A stretch of DNA of 34,913 nt from an uncultured Aquimonas sp. (lineage in GTDB: Bacteria > Pseudomonadota > Gammaproteobacteria > Xanthomonadales > Xanthomonadaceae), in contig CAZTXX010000004.1 in assembly GCA_964617405.1 (NCBI GenBank), positions 1 through 34,913 of the forward strand, in the 5' to 3' direction. This document shows positions 18,777 to 25,423 of the stretch, one piece after another. The position numbers and the translations under genes were made by a program. The notes below the pieces were generated by a model, which made no database searches, was not told the DNA's origin, and was given only the letters and a program-made list of their open reading frames with translations. The number at the start of each line of letters is the position of its first letter. The stretch's first letter is position 1.

Positions 18777-20774
18777 TCATTGCAACGGCAATCGGGTTGC
18801 CGCATCGGTGGTGCCCGGTGCACCCCCCGCGCACCGGGCGATACTGGATTCCAGATGATCGAAATAGCGGTCGATGTAACTGATCCGGTTTTCCCGGTCG
18901 ATGAGATAGGGATTCATCAGGGTGTGGCGCAGCAGGACCAGCTGCTCGCCCTCGGTACCTGGCGTGGTGTCGGCATCCAGGCCGAGTGCGCCGAGGATGC
19001 GACGCATGTCCTGGTCACCCACCACGGCGCGGCGCAAGGTGGTGACCGAGGCGAAGAACTGTTTGACCTGGACCGGCTGGGCGGGATCGACATTGAGCTG
19101 GGCGTGGAGTCGCCGGACGAAGGCGTTGGCTTGCGCCAGATCGCGGTTTCCCGCCGGGTTGAGGGCCAGGCACACGAGATTGCTGTCGGGCGAAAACGGC
19201 ACCAGCACCTGCACCCGCCCGGCCATTTCACGCGCAAAGCGCTCGGCACGCTCGAGAAACGCCTCCGCCGCCTGCACCGTTTGGCGCGGGATCAGGCCGA
19301 AATTGGCGTGGTCGAGCGGCAGCACGCGATGGGTGACGTAGACCGCCGCCGCCATCGCGCCGGGTTTGGAGCCTTCCGGGATGAACTGGCCGAAGTGGCG
19401 GTGATCGAGCACCTCGTCGTCGCCTGCCGATTCTGCGTGGAAAACGTAATCGGCCTGCTCGGTCAGCAGCCACATCGCACGGTGGTCGCGATAAACGAAG
19501 GCGCCGGCGCCATAGGGCAGGTAGGCGAGCTTGTGCGGGTCGATGGTGAGCGAATCGACCTGCGCCAGCGCGGCGAACGCCGCGTGCACCTCGGGTTGCG
19601 GGAAGTGCTGGTAGTCGCGGCGCACCGCGTCGAGCGGTCGCAGGCTGCCATCCGGATTGCGGAACAGGGTGGCGAGGTAGCCGCCCCAGGCGGCGTCGAC
19701 ATGGATGCCGAAGCCCAGTCCACGCGCGGCCGAGCGTTCGCGTGCGGCCACCACGGCATCGACCGGATCGATGGTGCCGTATTCGGTGGTGCCCAGCACC
19801 GCCACCGCCAGCAGCACCGGTTGCCTTTCACGGGCACAGGTGAGCAGCGTTTCCTCGAGCGCGTCGGCATCCATGCGCATGCCCCGCGCCGGCACCAGCT
19901 GGAGCTGGTCGCGCCCCAGACCGATCATCTTGACTCCCTTGCTCCAGGAGTAATGCGCGGTGATCGGTGCCAATACGCGCGGTACTTTCAGTTGCGGGTG
20001 TTGGCTGAAGAAGGCCGGCAGGCCGAGTCGCTCGATACGCTGTGCTTCCACCTGGGATCGCCAGTGCATCGCATCCCCCGAGCTTTGCGCCGCAAGCCAG
20101 CGGCGCCAGTGGCCAAGCAGGGCGATGCCCGCGGTGGGCGTCAGGTTGAAGGCCTGCCAGTCATCCTCGGGCAGTGCGATATCGGGTACGTTCGCGGCGC
20201 GCAGCGCGACCGGAAAACTCTTCAGGGCCAAGGCCAGGCGCAGGGCCTGGAAGTTGGCCAGGGTGCCGCCCGAAGTCAGGTGCCCGATGGCGCAATCGGC
20301 GCGTTTCGGGTCATCAGGCCAGCCCAGCATGCGAGCCAGCTGCAATCCCGCCTTCATTTCCAGCGGCAAGGTGACCGGCGCGGAATCTTCCGTGACGTTG
20401 TTCGGGTTGTAGGGCAGGGTCAGGATCTGCGCCGCGAGGCCAGGCAGCAACAGGTCCGAGACCATGTGCCCGACATGGCGTGGGCTGTGGAAGGGCACCG
20501 AGCGCTTGAGCGAAGCCGAAAGCTGATGCAGCTCGTTGCGCATGCGCGCCTCGAAAGCCTGGTAGGCCGGATGCTGCGACGCCCGCGTCGGAATCGCCGG
20601 TGGATCCTCCGGATGGAAGTTGCGCCGCCAGTGCACGTGATCGCGCAGGAACTCCACCACCAGGCGTTCCAGCAGGGCGTCGTTTTCTCCATAGGGACCG
20701 AGGAAGCAGGCATCCAGCGTGCGCTGCTCGTTTTCGGAGGTTGTTGCGGCAGGGTTCGGGAATGGCAGGGTCAT
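18777..20774 (-). CDS. Group II PLP-dependent decarboxylase, tyrosine-decarboxylase-like
   Basis: GHLTSGGTLAN, HYSWSK, GTTEYGTID, HVDAAWGGY, IDPHK (PLP Lys), DYVF, EGSKPGA; 665 aa. Confidence 0.9.
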   Translation of the reverse strand: MTLPFPNPAATTSENEQRTLDACFLGPYGENDALLERLVVEFLRDHVHWRRNFHPEDPPAIPTRASQHPAYQAFEARMRNELHQLSASLKRSVPFHSPRHVGHMVSDLLLPGLAAQILTLPYNPNNVTEDSAPVTLPLEMKAGLQLARMLGWPDDPKRADCAIGHLTSGGTLANFQALRLALALKSFPVALRAANVPDIALPEDDWQAFNLTPTAGIALLGHWRRWLAAQSSGDAMHWRSQVEAQRIERLGLPAFFSQHPQLKVPRVLAPITAHYSWSKGVKMIGLGRDQLQLVPARGMRMDADALEETLLTCARERQPVLLAVAVLGTTEYGTIDPVDAVVAARERSAARGLGFGIHVDAAWGGYLATLFRNPDGSLRPLDAVRRDYQHFPQPEVHAAFAALAQVDSLTIDPHKLAYLPYGAGAFVYRDHRAMWLLTEQADYVFHAESAGDDEVLDHRHFGQFIPEGSKPGAMAAAVYVTHRVLPLDHANFGLIPRQTVQAAEAFLERAERFAREMAGRVQVLVPFSPDSNLVCLALNPAGNRDLAQANAFVRRLHAQLNVDPAQPVQVKQFFASVTTLRRAVVGDQDMRRILGALGLDADTTPGTEGEQLVLLRHTLMNPYLIDRENRISYIDRYFDHLESSIARCAGGAPGTTDAATRLPLQ

Positions 20775-20780
20775 GCGCGA

Positions 20781-20822
20781 AGGCTAGGGCAACGCGTGAT
20801 TTTGCCCATTGACCCAAATCAA
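20781..20822 (-). promoter_or_regulatory. FNR/ANR-type class II promoter of the decarboxylase operon
   Basis: TTGATTTGGGTCAA on the minus strand (20809-20822; 9/10 match to TTGAT-N4-ATCAA), centred 41.5 bp upstream of the ATG; -10 TAGCCT at 20781-20786, i.e. positions -12..-7 if +1 is the A of the ATG. Confidence 0.8.
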
Positions 20823-20932
20823 CCAGGGTGCGCTGGCCCGACTCAGGGTTCGCGCACCGGCAGCTTCGTCAGGCGGTGTTCGCCCAAGCCCGATAAAATG
20901 CGGGGTTCTTGGACAAATCATGGAACCCGGGC

Positions 20933-22414
20933 GTGGACAAACCCCTGCCGCTGTACCGATGCGAGGATGTGCGTGCCTTCGAGGCGCGTGCCATGGAGCA
21001 CGACGGCATTGATGCCTATGTGCTGATGACCCGCGCCGCCGCCGCTGCGTTCGCGCGCATGAAGCTCGACTGGCCGATGGCGCGTCATGTGTGCGTGGTA
21101 TGCGGTGCGGGCAACAACGGTGGCGATGGCTTCGTGTTCGCGCGCCTGGCGCGCATGGCCGGCATGCAGGTGAGCGTGGTCGTGGGCACGGCCGCCGCGC
21201 CGCAGGTCGAGCCGGCGGCGCGCGCATTCGCACATTGGCGTGAAGCCGGTGGCGAGGAGATCCTGTTCACGCCGGGTGACGCGTTGCCGCAGGCCGACGT
21301 GGTGGTGGACGCGTTGTTCGGCATCGGGCTTTCGCGCCTGCCCGAGGGCGTCGGCGCCGCGCTGATCGAAGCGATCAATGCCGCTGCCCGTCCGGTGTTG
21401 GCCATCGACGTGCCATCGGGCCTCGATGCCGACAACGGCGCCGCGCCGGGAGCCGCGGTGAAGGCAACGCGCACCGTGTCCTTCATTTCGCACAAGCGCG
21501 GGCTGTTCACCGGCCGCGGGCGCGCGCTGTCCGGTCCGGTGGAACTGGCCACCCTGGACGTGCCCGTGGAAACCCGCGCCGCCCAGCGCCCCGCGGCCTG
21601 GCTGGTCGATGTGGACCAACTCGGACGCTGGCTGAAGCCGCGTGCCCGCGATGCCCACAAGGGCGACAACGGCCGCTTGCTGGCGATTGGCGGAGATCAT
21701 GGTTACGGCGGAGCGATCCGCCTGTGCGTGGAAAGCGCGTTGCGTTGCGGCGCCGGGCTGGTCACTGTGGCCACCCGCGAAAGCCATGTCGCACCGATGT
21801 TGGCGGCGCGGCCGGAGGCCATGCCGCACGCCGTGGCCGACGTGGCCAGCCTGCGCCAGCTTGCCGGCAACGCCGACGTGCTGGCCTTGGGCCCGGGTCT
21901 GGGGCGCAGCGAGTGGTCGCAGTCGCTGTTCCATGCGGCGGTCGCGCTTGGCTTGCCTTCGGTGATCGATGCCGATGGCCTCAACCTGCTTGCCATCACC
22001 CAGACCCGCGTGCCCGACGCCGTGCTCAGCCCGCACCCGGGTGAAGCCGCACGCCTGCTGGGCACGGATGTGCCCAGCGTCGAGCGTGACCGGTTTGGTG
22101 CGGCGCAGGCACTGGTCGAGCGATATGACGCAGTGGTGGTGCTCAAGGGTGCGGGCAGCATTGTCGCGGCGCGGGGTGAAGTGCCGCTGGTGATCGGTGC
22201 CGGCAACCCCGGCATGGCGAGCGGCGGCATGGGCGACGTGCTGACCGGCACCATCGCCGCGCTACGCGCGCAGGGCATGAACGCCTTCGACGCGGCCTGC
22301 GCCGGTACCCTGCTGCACTCTGCCGCCGCCGATGCCGCCGCGCGCGATGGCGGCGAGCGTGGCCTGCTTGCCAGCGACCTGTTTCCCCATCTGCGCCGGC
22401 TGTCCAATCCGTGA
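20933..22414 (+). CDS. nnr: Bifunctional NAD(P)H-hydrate epimerase/dehydratase
   Basis: CGAGNNGGDG, VDALFGIG, IDVPSG, HKGDNG, GPGLG, IDADGL, SPHPGEA, VLKG, GGMGDVLTG. Start uncertain (GTG 20933 or TTG 20909); TAAAAT -10 at 20894-20899. Confidence 0.95.
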   Translation: MDKPLPLYRCEDVRAFEARAMEHDGIDAYVLMTRAAAAAFARMKLDWPMARHVCVVCGAGNNGGDGFVFARLARMAGMQVSVVVGTAAAPQVEPAARAFAHWREAGGEEILFTPGDALPQADVVVDALFGIGLSRLPEGVGAALIEAINAAARPVLAIDVPSGLDADNGAAPGAAVKATRTVSFISHKRGLFTGRGRALSGPVELATLDVPVETRAAQRPAAWLVDVDQLGRWLKPRARDAHKGDNGRLLAIGGDHGYGGAIRLCVESALRCGAGLVTVATRESHVAPMLAARPEAMPHAVADVASLRQLAGNADVLALGPGLGRSEWSQSLFHAAVALGLPSVIDADGLNLLAITQTRVPDAVLSPHPGEAARLLGTDVPSVERDRFGAAQALVERYDAVVVLKGAGSIVAARGEVPLVIGAGNPGMASGGMGDVLTGTIAALRAQGMNAFDAACAGTLLHSAAADAAARDGGERGLLASDLFPHLRRLSNP

Positions 22415-22890
22415 GCAGTTTCCAGCTCGATTCGTCGCAGGACACCGAAGAATTTGGTGCCCGCCTGGCGCGCCACCTGCCGGACGAGTCGGTCGTGCTC
22501 TACCTGGAAGGCGACCTCGGTGCCGGCAAGACCACCACCGCGCGCGCCCTGTTGCGCTCGCTCGGGGTGCGGGGTGGGGTGCGCAGCCCTACCTACACCC
22601 TGGTCGAACGCTACTCCACCGGATACGGCGAGGTGGCCCATCTCGACCTGTACCGCATCGCCGATCCCGAGGAACTGCATTATCTGGCCCTCGACGAGCT
22701 CGCTGAACAGGCGCGGCTCTGGCTGGTGGAATGGCCGGAACGTGGGCGTGGCGTGTTGCCCGCCGCCGATCTGGTGCTGCATCTGGAGGTGCAAGGCGGC
22801 GGTCGCGTCGCGCAGCTTGAGCCGCGCAGCGACGCCGGGATGCGTTGGATGCAGGCAGTGGCGTCCGCGCAGAAAGCCGGGTCCGACTGA
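22411..22890 (+). CDS. tsaE: tRNA threonylcarbamoyladenosine biosynthesis ATPase TsaE
   Basis: GDLGAGKTT, VRSPTYTLVE.Y, HLDLYR, VEWP; GTGA overlap with nnr. Confidence 0.97.
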   Translation: MSSFQLDSSQDTEEFGARLARHLPDESVVLYLEGDLGAGKTTTARALLRSLGVRGGVRSPTYTLVERYSTGYGEVAHLDLYRIADPEELHYLALDELAEQARLWLVEWPERGRGVLPAADLVLHLEVQGGGRVAQLEPRSDAGMRWMQAVASAQKAGSD

Positions 22891-23092
22891 ATCGCCCACG
22901 CCGAAACGCATCGATCAGCCGCTTTGCAAGTTGATGAAACACAAGGAAAAAGGCTTGTTGCGCGCCGCTCGGGACAAGTCTTCTGGCGCGCCAGCTACCT
23001 CGCCATTTCATTAACAGTCTTGGCTAACATCATGGTTTATCAGGGGAAACCACTTGCCCTTCTACGCCGTTGATGATTGAATTCCTCCTGTC

Positions 23093-24430
23093 ATGCGTTC
23101 GATAACGTCCATTTCGCGGTTCCTGGTCTGCGGCGCGTTGGCGCTGGGTGCGGCGACGGCTGCGCACGCGGCGGAAGTGCAGGCTTTGCGCGTCTGGGCC
23201 GGGCCCGACCACACTCGCGCGGTGTTCGATCTTTCCGGCGAGCTCAAGTACAAGGTGTTCACGCTCGACAACCCAAGTCGCCTGGTGCTCGATATCGGCG
23301 AAGGCTCGCTGTCCGGGTCCTTCGCCTCGCCCGCGACGTCCGGCGTACTGGCGGGGGTGCGCACCGGCAAGCTCGGCGAGCGCGGCGTGCGCGTGGTGTT
23401 CGATCTTTCCGAAGCCGTGCGCCCGCAGAGTTTCCTGCTGCCGCCCGCCGACAAGCTCGGCCATCGTCTGGTGATCGACCTGCACCCGAACGTCAAGGCG
23501 GCGGTGCAGCCGGTGCGCACCGTGCAGCAGGCGGTGCCTGCCACCGAACGCAAGGTGGTGGTGGCGATCGATGCCGGCCACGGTGGCGAGGATCCGGGTG
23601 CCAGGGGCGCCTCGGGAAGCTGGGAAAAGGACATCACCCTTGCCGTGGCGCGCGAGTTGAAGCGCCAGATCGATGCCGAACCCGGCATGGAGGCGGTGCT
23701 GATCCGTGACGGCGACTACTTCATCGCCCTGCAGCAGCGCTACCAGAAGGCGCGCGAGGCGCGTGCCGACCTGTTCATTTCGGTGCACGCCGACGCCTTC
23801 CACAAGCCGACCGCTTCGGGTTCCTCGGTGTTCGTGCTGTCCACGCGCGGGGCGTCCAACGAGGCCGCACGCTGGCTCGCGGCCAGCGAGAACAAGTCCG
23901 ATCTGGTGGGTGGGGTTTCGCTCGACGACAAGGACAACACCTTGGCGGCGGTGCTGCTGGACCTGTCGCAGAGTGCCACGATGCAGGCATCCAATGACGT
24001 GGCCAACCACGTGCTGGACGCCATGAAGCGGCTGGGCAAGACCCACAAGCCGCATGTGGAGCGCGCCAACTTCGTGGTGTTGCGCTCGCCCGACGTGCCT
24101 TCGATGCTGGTGGAGACGGCCTTCATCAGCAACCCGGACGAGGAAAAGAAACTCAAGGACCCAGGTCACCGCACCCGTCTGGCCGCCACCATCGTGGAAG
24201 GCGTGCGCGACTACTTCTCGGCGCAGCCGCCGCCGGGCACCTGGTTGGCGGCGAATGCCTCGCCGCGCGCGCGCCAACATGTGGTCAGCCGTGGTGAAAC
24301 CCTCAGCCTCATCGCACAGCGCCACGGCGTCACGCTGGCCAACCTGCGTTCGGCCAATGCCATCAAGGGCGATGTAGTAAAGGTGGGGGACCGGCTGACG
24401 ATTCCGCTGGCGATGGGTCCGGCGGGCTGA
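23093..24430 (+). CDS. N-acetylmuramoyl-L-alanine amidase (AMIN + Amidase_3 + LysM), AmiB/AmiC type
   Basis: Signal peptide, AMIN (TRAVFDL, RLVLD), IDAGHGGEDPG, EKD, SVHAD, LVETAFISN, C-terminal LysM (HVVSRGETLSLIA). Confidence 0.94.
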   Translation: MRSITSISRFLVCGALALGAATAAHAAEVQALRVWAGPDHTRAVFDLSGELKYKVFTLDNPSRLVLDIGEGSLSGSFASPATSGVLAGVRTGKLGERGVRVVFDLSEAVRPQSFLLPPADKLGHRLVIDLHPNVKAAVQPVRTVQQAVPATERKVVVAIDAGHGGEDPGARGASGSWEKDITLAVARELKRQIDAEPGMEAVLIRDGDYFIALQQRYQKAREARADLFISVHADAFHKPTASGSSVFVLSTRGASNEAARWLAASENKSDLVGGVSLDDKDNTLAAVLLDLSQSATMQASNDVANHVLDAMKRLGKTHKPHVERANFVVLRSPDVPSMLVETAFISNPDEEKKLKDPGHRTRLAATIVEGVRDYFSAQPPPGTWLAANASPRARQHVVSRGETLSLIAQRHGVTLANLRSANAIKGDVVKVGDRLTIPLAMGPAG

Positions 24431-24435
24431 GACGC

Positions 24436-25275
24436 TTATCCCAGTTCGATGTGGTCCTGCGCGAGACGGGTCGTCAGCGCATCCATCACCGCCACCAGTT
24501 CGTCATGGCATTGCGCCGCGTCGATATTGTCGCGCAACGCGCCCTCGATGCGCCCGAACAACACCTGACGCAACTGGTCCTCGCTGCGCGCGCGGTGCAG
24601 CAGATCGTCCAGCACGTTCGAAAACTCCCCCGGCGTGGGTGACAGGCCGCTGCGCTCGAACAAGGCATTGAGCGCCTGGAACAGCGGCCGTGCCGTGGCG
24701 TCTAGGCCGTAGTCTTCGGGCCGGTAGTCGAGAAACGCACGCTGTGCATCGGTCCAGATGCGGAAGCTGGCGCGTGCCAGCGAGTGGTAGAGCGGCGTTT
24801 CGGAAATCAGCACCAGCAGCAACTGCCGCGGGTTGGCGGTTGCCAAGGCGTTGCCGTGCGCCCATTCGCCGCTGGTGATGAACTGGTGCAGGCGGATGTG
24901 TTCGGCAAAATCCGCCGCCTGCAACTGGTCCAGGATGAGGATGGCGCGTGCACCCTCGGAGTAGGCACAGGCCTCGGTCACGGCGCGTTCGAAGGCGCCC
25001 AGCGGAGCTTCCATCGGTTCAGCGCCATCCTGCTCGATCGAGCGGGGCGGGGCCGCGCGCACCTCGTCCCGGCTGAAGTCGTGATAGAGCACGTGCGGGT
25101 AGTCCAGCGCGTGCGCCAAGGCGGTGGCGAACGCGGTCTTGCGTCGCCCCGCCGCGCCGTCCACGTGCAATACCCGCAGATGCGACAGGGGGGTGTCGAA
25201 CAGGCAGCGCAGGGCGAATTCGTAATCGTCGTTGGATTCGAATCCGTGCTGGGCGAGGGCGTGGCGCAGGTTCAT
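24436..25275 (-). CDS. Degenerate AAA+ (MoxR/CoxD-like) P-loop protein of unknown function
   Basis: 279 aa from ATG 25275; LHVDGAAGRRKTAFATALA (Walker A-like), ILILDQL (Walker B-like), LVLISE..LYHSLARASF (sensor-1/Arg-finger region); GC3-biased codons. Confidence 0.7.
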   Translation of the reverse strand: MNLRHALAQHGFESNDDYEFALRCLFDTPLSHLRVLHVDGAAGRRKTAFATALAHALDYPHVLYHDFSRDEVRAAPPRSIEQDGAEPMEAPLGAFERAVTEACAYSEGARAILILDQLQAADFAEHIRLHQFITSGEWAHGNALATANPRQLLLVLISETPLYHSLARASFRIWTDAQRAFLDYRPEDYGLDATARPLFQALNALFERSGLSPTPGEFSNVLDDLLHRARSEDQLRQVLFGRIEGALRDNIDAAQCHDELVAVMDALTTRLAQDHIELG

Positions 25276-25312
25276 TGGAGCGGTGTGCGGATCGGATGCG
25301 GGCCTGTCGCGC

Positions 25313-25340
25313 ACCGTACCTGATCCGGTGCATCTGGCAA
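25313..25340 (-). promoter_or_regulatory. Possible sigma70 promoter of the AAA-like gene
   Basis: TTGCCA (25340-25335), 16-nt spacer, TACGGT (25318-25313) on the minus strand. Confidence 0.4.
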
Positions 25341-25359
25341 GTGCATCCCTCGGACGGAT

Positions 25360-25388
25360 TTCCGCTCCCCTGCGGGAGGGGAGCGGAA
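25360..25388. repeat. Perfect 12-bp palindromic hairpin downstream of alpha-2-macroglobulin
   Basis: TTCCGCTCCCCT-GCGGG-AGGGGAGCGGAA; no U-tract on either strand. Confidence 0.65.
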
Positions 25389-25423
25389 GGATTCGGCCAT
25401 GCCGGTCGATGCTCCGTGTGGCC

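Noticed and set aside
18744-21026. 760-aa plus-strand ORF
   Set aside because: Antisense to the PLP decarboxylase, which carries all the family motifs and its own promoter.
22931-22944. Possible second FNR box or IHF site (TTGATGAAACACAA)
   Set aside because: Second half-site is poor (CACAA) and there is no -10 at class II spacing; the IHF match is also weak.
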